Source: an uncultured delta proteobacterium (GTDB lineage Bacteria; Myxococcota_A; UBA9160; SMWR01). From it: 64,000 nt of DNA. Positions 18,917 to 29,499 of this stretch are shown in pieces. Both the position numbers and the translations under genes were made by a program. The stretch covers positions 288,001 through 352,000 of the forward strand of contig CAWHTE010000007.1 in assembly GCA_963832165.1 (NCBI GenBank). The letters run 5' to 3'. Under the pieces are notes generated by a model. That model had not been told where the DNA came from and searched no databases. It was given only the letters and a program-made list of their open reading frames with translations. Numbering within the stretch: position 1 is the stretch's first letter; each line of letters opens with the position of its first letter.

Positions 18917-20872
18917 ATGTCTTCCCGACCTATTCCTCGTCATGGCGCCATCGTGAGGTGGGCCGCCGTGATCGGCATGGGTCTCGGAGTAGGCGCCGCG
19001 GCGTGCCTAGCGCGAGCCGCGGGCTGGCTCGAGTGGGCAGATCTGCGCCTGTACGACGCTGCGGTTGCCGCGCGCGCGGGCGCGGCCCCTGCGGGAGTTC
19101 CGATCACGCTCGTGCGCATCCGGGAGGAAGAGATTGAACGCCACGGGCATCCGCTACCCGATGCGATCCTCGCGCGCGCGATCGAGCAGATCGCGAGTGC
19201 GCAGCCGAGCGCGATCGGCGTCGATCTCTACCGCGATGTCGCGGTGGGTGACGCGCGCGGGCGCGCCGAGCTCGCGGCGCTCGTGAAGCGCACGCCCGGG
19301 CTCGTGTTCGTCGAGAAGCTGCCGGAGCCCGGAGTGCCGGGAGTCGCGGCGCCGGAGTTCGCGAGCGCTGACTCGCTGGGCTTCAACGACGTCGTGGTCG
19401 ACCCCGACGGTGTGCTGCGGCGCGGCGTGCTGATGCTCTGGGACGCCGAAGGCAACCCGAGTCTCGGCCTCGCGCTCCAGCTCGCGCTGCATCATCTGTC
19501 TTCGCGCGGAATCTCGCTGGGCCCGGCTCCCGATCAGCCTGAGCATCTGAAGCTTGGGGCGACGGCCTTCCCGCCGCTCGAGTCGGACGACGGCGGCTAC
19601 GTCGGCCTCGATGCCGGGGGATACCAGGTGCTGCTCGACCTGCGCGCGGGGCGCGACGGGTTCGCCGAGTACGCGTTCGACGACGCGCTCGCGGCGCGGA
19701 TCCCCTCGGAGGCTCTGCGCGATCGCATCGTGATCCTCGGCACGACTGCCGAGAGCGTGAAGGATGAGTTCCAGACCGCGCTGCGCGGCGGCGCCATTCC
19801 CGGCATCGCCGTCCACGCCCATCTGGCCGACCAGCTCGTGCGCTGGGCGCTGGGCACGTCCTCGCCGCTGCGTTTCTGGAGCGGCGGCCAGGAGATCGCG
19901 TGGACACTGGCGTGGAGCGTGGGGATCGCGAGCATCGCCGCTGCGGTGAGCGGCCCCGCGACGCTGGCCGCGGGCGCGCTCGGCGCGATCGCGCTGTTGC
20001 TAGGTGCGAGCTGGCTCTTGTTCGGCGCGGGATTCTGGGTGCCCGCCGCGGGACCGCTCGCGGCTTCGCTCGCATCGGGCGGAATCGTGCTCGCCGACGT
20101 CGCGCGGCGTGCGCGCGCGGAGCGCGCTGCCGTGATGGACCTGTTCGGCCGCTATGTCTCGGGCCCGGTCGCGAACGAGCTCTGGCAGCGGCGCCGCGAG
20201 TTCATGGACGGCAACCGCCCGCGCTCGCAGCGCCTCGTGATCACCGCGCTGCTCACCGACCTCAAGGGCTACACGGGCGCGGCGGAGAAGATGGACCCGG
20301 TCGAGCTCATGCAGTGGATCAACGAGTACATGGACGTGATGACCCAGGTGATCGAGGCGCACGGCGGATTCGTCGACGACTACTCCGGTGACGGCATCAA
20401 AGCCAACTTCGGCGTGCCGATCCGACACCAGGAGGCGTCGCAGGTGGCCGACGACGCGCGCACTGCGGTGAGCTGCGCACTCGCGATGGGGCGCGCGCTC
20501 GAGCGGCTCGACGACGAGTGGGAGAGCCGCGGGCTGCCGACCGCGCGCATGCGGATCGGCCTGTTCACGGGCGAAGCCGTCATCGGGAGCCTCGGCAGCG
20601 CCGCGCGAATGAAGTACACGACGGTCGGCGACACCGTGAACACGGCCGCGCGCCTCGAGAGCTTCCAGAAAGAGGAGTTCGAGGCCGAGGCCGCGACCGG
20701 CCGGGGCTCGCGGTTCCGGATCCTGATCGGCGGCTCCACCCACCGCCTCCTCGGCGACGCATTCGAGACCGAATCGCTCGGAGAGCACGTGCTGCGCGGA
20801 CGCGGCGAACCGGTCGCGATCTACCGCGTGCGCGCCGAGCGCGGATCGACTGATAGGAGGGACTCTCGATGA
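18917..20872 (+). CDS. CHASE2-domain class III nucleotide cyclase
   Basis: CHASE2 motifs IGVDLYRD and DPDGVLRR; three TMs; catalytic TDLKGYT, GDGI, RIGLFTG, GDTVNTAARLE. Confidence 0.92.
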   Translation: MSSRPIPRHGAIVRWAAVIGMGLGVGAAACLARAAGWLEWADLRLYDAAVAARAGAAPAGVPITLVRIREEEIERHGHPLPDAILARAIEQIASAQPSAIGVDLYRDVAVGDARGRAELAALVKRTPGLVFVEKLPEPGVPGVAAPEFASADSLGFNDVVVDPDGVLRRGVLMLWDAEGNPSLGLALQLALHHLSSRGISLGPAPDQPEHLKLGATAFPPLESDDGGYVGLDAGGYQVLLDLRAGRDGFAEYAFDDALAARIPSEALRDRIVILGTTAESVKDEFQTALRGGAIPGIAVHAHLADQLVRWALGTSSPLRFWSGGQEIAWTLAWSVGIASIAAAVSGPATLAAGALGAIALLLGASWLLFGAGFWVPAAGPLAASLASGGIVLADVARRARAERAAVMDLFGRYVSGPVANELWQRRREFMDGNRPRSQRLVITALLTDLKGYTGAAEKMDPVELMQWINEYMDVMTQVIEAHGGFVDDYSGDGIKANFGVPIRHQEASQVADDARTAVSCALAMGRALERLDDEWESRGLPTARMRIGLFTGEAVIGSLGSAARMKYTTVGDTVNTAARLESFQKEEFEAEAATGRGSRFRILIGGSTHRLLGDAFETESLGEHVLRGRGEPVAIYRVRAERGSTDRRDSR

Positions 20873-21661
20873 GGTCCACGAAATCCACACTCGCGCTGGT
20901 ACTTGCTCGCCGTGATGATGGGCGCCGGGCCGGCTTCCCCAGAGGATAAGGAGCCGATTCGTCCCGCGAAGTCGGACAGCGGCGCTTCCGCGAAGGACAA
21001 GGCCCCCGCGAAGGCGAAGCCCGCCGCGGGCAAGGGCTCGTCGCTCACCGTCTACGTGCCGCCGCCGCGCGGCGCGGTCGGCGCGCGCACGGGGGGCGGC
21101 ACGCGCGGCGCTGCGAACGCGCCGCGGCTTGCAGTGCTCGCGCCCGACCATGTCGGCCTCACGACGCGCGCGCAGCCCACGCTCGCGTGGTACCTGTCCG
21201 CCGCCACCAGCCAGCCGATCGAGCTCACGGTGATCGCCGACGACGCCGTCGAGCCGCTCGTCGTGAAGCAGCTGACGGGCCCGATGCAGCCCGGCGTCCA
21301 CCTGGTCGATCTCGCGCAGGAAGGGGTTCAGCTGAAGGAGGGCACTACTTATGACTGGTACGTGGCGCTCGTGCTCGACCCGAAGGCGCGCGACGCCGAC
21401 GTGATTGCGGGCGGTGCGATCGAGCGCCGCGCGCCCCCGACCGGGCTCAGCGCCGAGCTCGCCAAGGGCGAGCCCTCGTATCGCGTGCTCGCACGCAACG
21501 GCATCTGGTACGACGCGATCGCCGATCTGTCGGCCGCGATCGCGGCTGCACCCGACGGCGCACCGGCGCTGCGCGCCGAGCGCTCTGCGCTGCTCGAACA
21601 GGTAGGCGTCGGCGCCGTGGCGCTCTACGAGCGCGAAGGGGGATCAGGCCAAAGGCCGTAA
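20869..21661 (+). CDS. DUF928 family secreted protein with an apparent +1 frameshift near 20902
   Basis: GGGTRG, LAPDHVGLT..QPTLAWY, NGIWYDA and ALLEQVG motifs. AGGAGG+ATG at 20869 is one base out of frame with the body (20903-21661). Confidence 0.75.
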
Positions 21662-21678
21662 TCCGCCGTCGAGCACCG

Positions 21679-22221
21679 CTACAGCAGATCCCCCTGCCGC
21701 GGCAGCGCGTGCTCGAGCGCGAGCAGCCGCTTCTTGAGCGGGAGCCCGCCGCCGTATCCGCCGAGCTTGCCGTCGGCGTTCACGACGCGGTGGCACGGCA
21801 CGATGATCGCGATCGGGTTCGCGCCGTTCGCGGCGCCGACCGCGCGCGGCGCATTCGGGCGGCCGACGCGCCGCGCCTGCTCCGCGTACGAGATCGTCTC
21901 GCCGTACGGGATCGCACACAGCGCGCGCCACACCGCGAGCTGGAACTCGGTGCCGCGCAGATCGAGCGGGAGGTCGAAGTCACGGCGCTTGCCCGCGAGA
22001 TACTCGAGCAGCTGCTTCGCGGCGCGCTGGTTCGGCGCGAAGCCCTGCTCGACGCGCGCGCCGCGCGCCCAGCGGCGCAGCCAGCCCGCGAGACCGCTGC
22101 CGTTCGAGCGCGGCAGCTCGAGGAACGCGAGCCCTGCATCCGTCGACGCGAGCCGCAGCTCGCCGATCGGAGTGTCCACGCGCGCGACGTGGACGGTCTC
22201 GACGCTCTGGACGCTCGCCAT
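21679..22221 (-). CDS. ogt: Methylated-DNA--protein-cysteine methyltransferase
   Basis: GTEFQ..VW..L..IPYGET.SY, RAVG.ANG.NP and active-site PCHRV. Confidence 0.95.
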   Translation of the reverse strand: MASVQSVETVHVARVDTPIGELRLASTDAGLAFLELPRSNGSGLAGWLRRWARGARVEQGFAPNQRAAKQLLEYLAGKRRDFDLPLDLRGTEFQLAVWRALCAIPYGETISYAEQARRVGRPNAPRAVGAANGANPIAIIVPCHRVVNADGKLGGYGGGLPLKKRLLALEHALPRQGDLL

Positions 22222-22232
22222 GCCTCACCATA

Positions 22233-23729
<1,497 letters not shown>

Positions 23730-23780
23730 GGGCGGACACTAGCCCCACCCAACCGACCTTCGCTCGGCTGCGCGCTCCTG

Positions 23781-23820
23781 ATGGCCTCCGCTCGCCTGCG
23801 GCTCGCTGCGCGAAACTTGC
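23781..23820 (-). repeat. Dispersed REP-like repeat, copy B
   Basis: Reverse complement is GCAAGTTTCGCGCAGCGAGCCGCAGGCGAGCGGAGGCCAT. Confidence 0.8.
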
Positions 23821-23901
23821 GCTGCGCGGCCGCTTCGCGGCCTTGCAGAGGCGTGCCCCGGCGTGCGCGTAGCTACCGCACGCCGGGGCTTCGGCCTCTA
23901 G

Positions 23902-24255
23902 CTAGCGGCGAGCCCGCCGCGCGGTGCGGCGCTTCGCACGCGCGCGCCGCGGTGCGCGCTTCATCGCGCTCCGTCTGCCGCGCCGAGCCGCGGTGCGTCC
24001 GCGCGCCGCAGTCTTGCGCCGGCGCGCGCCGGTCCGCTTCATCTTCACCTTCGAAACGTTCCCCTTCTTGTCGATGAAGTAGAGGAAGCCCTCTTCGCGG
24101 CGGATGCCGCACTTCGCGACCTTTTGGGGCTTGCCCTTCGGCACTTTTCCGCCGCCGCGGGCCATGCGGGCGCGACTCACGTCACCTCGCTTGTCGACGT
24201 AATAGAGCCAGCCCTTCTCACGCTTGATCCCGGTCTTCTCGACTACCGTGGCCAT
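23902..24255 (-). CDS. Small basic protein: two ~31-aa repeats plus Arg/Ala-rich tail (117 aa)
   Basis: AAAAGGAG RBS. Repeats are KTGIKREKGWLYYVDKRGDVSRARMAR and KCGIRREEGFLYFIDKKGNVSKVKMKR. Confidence 0.8.
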   Translation of the reverse strand: MATVVEKTGIKREKGWLYYVDKRGDVSRARMARGGGKVPKGKPQKVAKCGIRREEGFLYFIDKKGNVSKVKMKRTGARRRKTAARGRTAARRGRRSAMKRAPRRARAKRRTARRARR

Positions 24256-24281
24256 CGGCCATCTCCTTTTCGGGTTTTGTC

Positions 24282-24509
24282 CCGTCGGAGGGGGGATGGG
24301 CAGACGGAACTTTGGAGGATCTCGGAGGCGTGCGTCCGGGCACGGGCCCGACGGAGACCGAGGGGGGGAGTCCCCCGCACCGTCGGGACTGTTGCGCTCC
24401 ACCGACGGGCTGTCAACGGCTTTCCAGGTATTTACCGTCGGAGTTGCGAAACAGCCCAAACGCCGTTCTCAGGGGTCTCCGTCGGAGGCTCCGTCGAGGC
24501 CCCCGTCGA
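24282..24509. repeat. Array of CCGWCGG palindromes in the gshB-small basic protein intergenic region
   Basis: Perfect copies at 24282, 24348, 24380, 24402, 24435 and 24479; CCGTCGA at 24491 and 24503 (12-bp period). TTGACA on the minus strand at 24411-24416. Confidence 0.6.
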
Positions 24510-24517
24510 GCCTGCCG

Positions 24518-25495
24518 CTACGAAAGCGCCGCTTTGTGGGCCGCGACGCGGGCCTCGAGCGCGTCGAGGATCTCCCCCTCGAGCGAGCGGCCCTCGAGCG
24601 CGTTGATCTCCTGGACGCCCGTCGGGCTGGTCACGTTGACCTCGGTGAGCAGGCCCCCGATCACGTCGATGCCGACGAAGAACAGGCCGTCGCGCGCGAG
24701 CCACGGAGCGATCCGGTCGACGATCCGGCGATCCGCCTCGTCGAGCTGCGTCTTCGCGGGCTTGCCGCCCACGTGCAGGTTCGCGCGCGTCTCGCCGGCC
24801 GCGGGCACGCGCAGCACCGCGCCGATCGGCGCGCCGTCGACGAGCAGGATGCGCTTGTCGCCCGCGCGTACCGCGGGCACGTAGGCCTGGGCCATCGTGC
24901 GCACCGTGCCGAACCGCGTCGCCTGCTCGAGGATCGAGAACAGGTTGCGGTCGTCGTTGCGCACGTGGAACACGCCCTCGCCGCCGCGGCCGTCGAGCGG
25001 CTTCACGATCATCTCGCCGCCGAGCTTCGCGAGGAAGTCGATCAGCTCGCGGCTCGAGCTCGTCACGCGCGTGTCCGGCATCAGGTCGGCGAAGTGGAGC
25101 GCGTAGAGCTTCTCGTTCGCGGCGAGGATCCCGGCCGGGCGGTTCAGCACCAGCGCCCGACGGCACAGCGAGAGGATCTGCGTCGAGATCACGTATGCGG
25201 AGTCCACCGGGGGATCCTTGCGCTGCAGCACGACGTCGACGTCATCGTCGAGTGAAATCGAGAGCGCGTCCGCGAGATCCGCGTGGCGTCCCTGCTCGCG
25301 CCGCAATGTGACGGGGCGCACACGCGCGAGCACGCGCCCCGCGTCGACCGAGAGGTCGCCCGGGTCCACGTAGAGCACGCGATGCCCGCGCCGCTGCGCT
25401 TCCAGCATCAGCACAAATGTCGTGTCGGCGCGGATGTCGATCGAAGCGATCGGATCCATCACGAACGCGATCGACAGGTGCGGCGTCGCACTCAC
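24518..25495 (-). CDS. gshB: Glutathione synthetase
   Basis: FVMDPI..I...DTT, RKDPPVD, ANEKL, KPLDG.GGEG, GDKRILL, RANLHVGG, EVNVTSPTG. Confidence 0.97.
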   Translation of the reverse strand: MSATPHLSIAFVMDPIASIDIRADTTFVLMLEAQRRGHRVLYVDPGDLSVDAGRVLARVRPVTLRREQGRHADLADALSISLDDDVDVVLQRKDPPVDSAYVISTQILSLCRRALVLNRPAGILAANEKLYALHFADLMPDTRVTSSSRELIDFLAKLGGEMIVKPLDGRGGEGVFHVRNDDRNLFSILEQATRFGTVRTMAQAYVPAVRAGDKRILLVDGAPIGAVLRVPAAGETRANLHVGGKPAKTQLDEADRRIVDRIAPWLARDGLFFVGIDVIGGLLTEVNVTSPTGVQEINALEGRSLEGEILDALEARVAAHKAALS

Positions 25496-25575
25496 TTGGG
25501 TAAACCCCTTGTTCGGCCGAAGCGGTAGCGCACGAAGAGCCGGCTTGGCTACGGTAGGTTTCCTTCGGAGAGTCG

Positions 25576-28248
25576 ATGACTTCCCAGTCGTCCGGGCGCT
25601 CGCCGTGGACGCGTGTTCTGCTCGTGGTGGTCGGCCTCCTCGTCGGCGTGGGCCTCGGCGGCGGCGCGGCGTTCTACTGGCTGTTCCTGCGCGACCTCCC
25701 CGACCCTCACAGCGTCGCGGACTATCGCCCGCGCCTCGTCTCCACGGTCGTCGATCGCACCGGAGTCCCGATCGGCGAGTACTTCGAGGAGCGGCGGCGG
25801 CTCGTGCCGCTCGACGAGGTTCCGCGGCAGGTGATCGAGGCGTTCGTGTCCGCGGAGGACGCGCACTTCTTCGAGCACGAGGGGATCGACTTCACGGGCA
25901 TCGCGCGCGCGGTGTGGAAGAACCTGCTCGCGGGCGGGAAGGTCGAGGGCGCGAGCACGATCACGCAGCAGATGGTGAAGGGCCTCCTCCTCACACCCGA
26001 GCGCACCTACACGCGCAAGATCCGCGAGATGATCCTCGCGCGGCGCATCGAGCAGCGCTTCACCAAGCAGGAGATCCTGTTCCTCTATCTCAACCAGATC
26101 TACTTCGGACACGGCGCCTACGGGATCGGCGAGGCCGCGCGCAGCTACTTCGGCAAGTCGGTCGGTGAGCTCACGGTCTCGGAGGCCGCGCAGCTCGCGG
26201 GGCTGCCCAAGGCGCCCTCGAAGTACTCGCCGTTCTCGCATCCCGAGCGCGCGGAGCGACGGCGCCGCTACGTGCTGCGCCGCATGCTCGAGACGGGCGC
26301 GATCGACGAGTCGGCCCACGCGCGCGCGATCGCCGCAAAGCCGCAGTTCGTCGACGGATCGCTCGGCGACGAGTTCGAGGACGCCGCCTACTTCACCGAA
26401 GAGGTGCGGCGTCTGATGTTCCAGCTGCTCGGCGGCGAGCTCGTGCTCTCGGGGGGGCTGCGGATCGAGACGACGCTCGACGCGAAGCTGCAGCACGCCG
26501 CGGTGACCGCGGTCCACGATGGGCTCGAGGCGCTCGATCAGCGCAACGGCTACCGCGGTCCGCTGCGGCGCGTCGCCAAGGGCGCGCTCGAAGACGAGCT
26601 CGCGAAGGTCGCGCAGGAGAACGGCTTCGCTGCACCGGCTCCGGCCGATGCGAAGGGCGAGCCGCTCGAGCCGGCCGCGCCCGCCGCGGTCGCGGCCGCG
26701 GCGGCGGGCGAGCTCGTGGGCGAGAAATTCACGGGCGTCGTGACGCAGGTCGACGCGGGGCGGGCGCGCGTGGCGCTCGCTCCCGAGCTGCGCGGGGAGG
26801 TCGCATTCGCGGACTCGGAGTGGGCGAAGGCGCTCGCGGTCGGCGACGTCGCGCGCTTCGAGGTGCTCGCGGCCGCACCCGTGCCCGACAAGGAGAAGCC
26901 CGCGAAGGACGGGGGCGACGGCGGCGAGCGCCCGCTGCGCCTCGCGCTGTTCCAGGAGCCGCAGGTCGAGGGTGCGCTGCTCTCGATCGACGTGGGCAGC
27001 GGCGACATCGTCGCGCTCGTGGGCGGCTACGACTTCGCGCGCAGCCAGTTCGATCGCGCCACGCAGTCGCGGCGCCAGCCCGGCTCGGCGTTCAAGCCGC
27101 TCGTGTACGGCGCGGCGCTCTCGATGGCCGACGATGCCGGGCACCCGCGCTACACGCCGGCCTCGATCGTGCACGACCGCCCGAACGTCTTCACGGATCA
27201 GAGCTCCGGCTTCGTCTGGAAGCCCCAGAACTATGAGCGCGAGTTCTACGGCCCGATCACGCTGCGCAAGGCGCTCTCGAAGTCGGTGAACAACGCCACG
27301 ATCCAGCTCTGCAACGAGATCGGCATCGGCGCCGTGATCCGCTATGCGAGGCGGCTCGGCATCCGCTCACCGCTCGAGCCCTCGCTCGCGACCGCGCTCG
27401 GCACCAACGGCGTGTCGCTGCTCGAGCTCACGCGCGCGTATGCGGTGTTCCCGAACGGCGGCCGGAAGGTCGTGCCGCGCTTCGTGGCGCGCGTGCTCGA
27501 CCGCGATGGCAACGTGCTGCTCGAGAACGTGCCGTTCGGCGATCCGCTCGAAGACGCCCCGGTAGCCGGTGTCGCCAACGCGAAGGCGCTGCAGCCGGCT
27601 CCCACCGCGCTCACCGACGAGGCCGTCGACGCCGCGGTGGAGGCGATCGAGCGCGGCGAGCAGCCCGACGCTGCGGCGGCGGTCGTCGCGGGCGCAGCCG
27701 GCGAAGCACCCGCCGACCCGAATCAGGTCCTTCCGCCCGAGCAGGCGTATCTGGTCACGGACATGATGCGCGCGGTGGTGCTCGAGGGCACCGGACAGCG
27801 CGCGCGCAGCCTCGGTCGTCCCGTCGCCGGCAAGACCGGCACCACGAACGATCAGGCTGATGCGTGGTTCGTGGGCTTCTCGCCCGAGGTCGCGACGGGC
27901 GTCTGGGTGGGCTTCGACGAGACCCGATTCCTCGGCCACGGCGAGACCGGCGCTCACGCGGCGCTCCCGATCTGGGTCGACTACATGCGCGCGGCGCTCG
28001 ACGGACGCCCGATGCGCGACTTCGCAGTACCCGCGAACGACAAGATCGTCTGGGCGCGGATCGACCGCGAGACGGGCCTGCTCGCGTCGACCGAGAGCAG
28101 CTCGACGATCTTCCAGTCGTTCGTCGCGGGCAGCGAGCCGACCGAGACCGCCGCATCCGCGCAGGAGACCGACCGCGCTGCGCAGGACCTGCGCGAAGAG
28201 AGCTTCCCCGACGCCGACGCCGCGGCGCGCGCGCTCGATCCGTTCTAG
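25576..28248 (+). CDS. mrcA: Penicillin-binding protein 1A
   Basis: Transglycosylase EDAHFFEHEG, GASTITQQ, RKIRE; transpeptidase SAFK, SVN and KTG motifs. Confidence 0.93.
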   Translation: MTSQSSGRSPWTRVLLVVVGLLVGVGLGGGAAFYWLFLRDLPDPHSVADYRPRLVSTVVDRTGVPIGEYFEERRRLVPLDEVPRQVIEAFVSAEDAHFFEHEGIDFTGIARAVWKNLLAGGKVEGASTITQQMVKGLLLTPERTYTRKIREMILARRIEQRFTKQEILFLYLNQIYFGHGAYGIGEAARSYFGKSVGELTVSEAAQLAGLPKAPSKYSPFSHPERAERRRRYVLRRMLETGAIDESAHARAIAAKPQFVDGSLGDEFEDAAYFTEEVRRLMFQLLGGELVLSGGLRIETTLDAKLQHAAVTAVHDGLEALDQRNGYRGPLRRVAKGALEDELAKVAQENGFAAPAPADAKGEPLEPAAPAAVAAAAAGELVGEKFTGVVTQVDAGRARVALAPELRGEVAFADSEWAKALAVGDVARFEVLAAAPVPDKEKPAKDGGDGGERPLRLALFQEPQVEGALLSIDVGSGDIVALVGGYDFARSQFDRATQSRRQPGSAFKPLVYGAALSMADDAGHPRYTPASIVHDRPNVFTDQSSGFVWKPQNYEREFYGPITLRKALSKSVNNATIQLCNEIGIGAVIRYARRLGIRSPLEPSLATALGTNGVSLLELTRAYAVFPNGGRKVVPRFVARVLDRDGNVLLENVPFGDPLEDAPVAGVANAKALQPAPTALTDEAVDAAVEAIERGEQPDAAAAVVAGAAGEAPADPNQVLPPEQAYLVTDMMRAVVLEGTGQRARSLGRPVAGKTGTTNDQADAWFVGFSPEVATGVWVGFDETRFLGHGETGAHAALPIWVDYMRAALDGRPMRDFAVPANDKIVWARIDRETGLLASTESSSTIFQSFVAGSEPTETAASAQETDRAAQDLREESFPDADAAARALDPF

Positions 28249-28322
28249 AGCACATCGCATCGCACCCACGTGCGCCGACGGTGTACCATCCCGGTCGGCC
28301 GCGGGCGTGACGAGAGGGTCCG

Positions 28323-29480
28323 ATGCGCATCGCCATCCTGTCGAGAGGCCCTCGTCTCCACAGCACGCGGCGCCTCAAGGAAGCGGCGATCGCGCGCGGT
28401 CACGAGGCGCGCGTGCTCAACACGCTGTCGTTCTCGATCGAGATCGAGCAGGGCAGTCCGCGGCTGTTCTACAAGGGCCGCGCGCTCACCCACTACGACG
28501 CGGTCATCCCGCGCATCGGTGCCTCGGTGACGTTCTTCGGCACCGCGGTCGTGCGCCAGTTCGAGCAGATGGGCGTGTTCTGCGTGAATCCGTCGCACGC
28601 GATCAGTGTCTCGCGCGACAAGCTGCGCGCGCTCCAGGTGCTCTCGCGGCACCGCGTCGGCCTGCCCAAGACGCTCTTCGTGCGGCACGAGCGCGAGATC
28701 ATCCCGGGCATCGAGCGCATGGGCGGGCCGCCCGTGGTGGTGAAGCTGCTCGAGGGCGCGCAGGGGATCGGCGTGATCCTGGCCGAGTCGACGCAAGCGG
28801 CCGAGGCGATCGTCGCGACGCTCTCGGGCCCCGCGAGGATGAGCGTGTTGATCCAGCAGTTCGTGAAGGAGAGCCGCGGCCGCGACGTGCGCGCGTTCGT
28901 GGTCGGCAACCGCGTGGTCGCGGCGATGCGCCGGGTCGCCGCGGACGGCGAGTTCCGCAGCAACGTGCACCGCGGCGGGCGCTGCGAGGAGATCCGGCTC
29001 GAGCCGGAGTACGAGCGCGTGGCCGTGCACGCGGCCCAGGTGATGGGGCTGCGCGTCGCGGGCGTCGATCTGCTCGAGGGCCGCGACGGGCCCGTGCTCC
29101 TGGAGGTGAACTCGTCGCCGGGGCTCGAGGCGATCGAGGCCGCTACCAAGGTCGACGTCGCGGGTGAGATCGTGAAGCTGATCGAGGAGGAGGTGCTGTT
29201 CCCGGAGATCGACATCCGGCAGCGGCTCACGCTCCAGAGCGGCTACGGCGTGATCGAGGTGCCCGTCGACGATCGCTCCGAACTCTGCGGCAAGACGATC
29301 GAGGAGGCCGCGCTGCGCGAGCGCGACGTGATCGTGCTGACGATCCAGCGAGGCAGCGTCACGATCCCGAATCCGAAGCCCTCTCGCGAGATCCTCACGG
29401 GCGACGTGTTGCTGTGCTTCGGCAAGACGCTCACGCTGAAGGGCCTGGCACCGAGCCGGCGCCGCGCCGCGACCGACTAA
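28323..29480 (+). CDS. rimK: RimK-family alpha-L-glutamate ligase with C-terminal RCK_C (TrkA-C) domain
   Basis: IPRIGAS.T, RDKLR, FRSNVHRGG and EVNSSPG; C-terminal GKTIEE..LRERDV.VL.I.RG..IPNP....GDVLL. Confidence 0.88.
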   Translation: MRIAILSRGPRLHSTRRLKEAAIARGHEARVLNTLSFSIEIEQGSPRLFYKGRALTHYDAVIPRIGASVTFFGTAVVRQFEQMGVFCVNPSHAISVSRDKLRALQVLSRHRVGLPKTLFVRHEREIIPGIERMGGPPVVVKLLEGAQGIGVILAESTQAAEAIVATLSGPARMSVLIQQFVKESRGRDVRAFVVGNRVVAAMRRVAADGEFRSNVHRGGRCEEIRLEPEYERVAVHAAQVMGLRVAGVDLLEGRDGPVLLEVNSSPGLEAIEAATKVDVAGEIVKLIEEEVLFPEIDIRQRLTLQSGYGVIEVPVDDRSELCGKTIEEAALRERDVIVLTIQRGSVTIPNPKPSREILTGDVLLCFGKTLTLKGLAPSRRRAATD

Positions 29481-29499
29481 CGCGAAGCGCGACCCGCGC

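Noticed and set aside
18917..21661. Stop-codon readthrough/selenocysteine fusion of cyclase and DUF928 (same frame across TGA 20870), or a Pycsar-type defence system
   Set aside because: The strong RBS+ATG and a repairable signal peptide favour a frameshifted separate gene. The CHASE2 sensor architecture and lack of a cNMP-binding effector argue against Pycsar.
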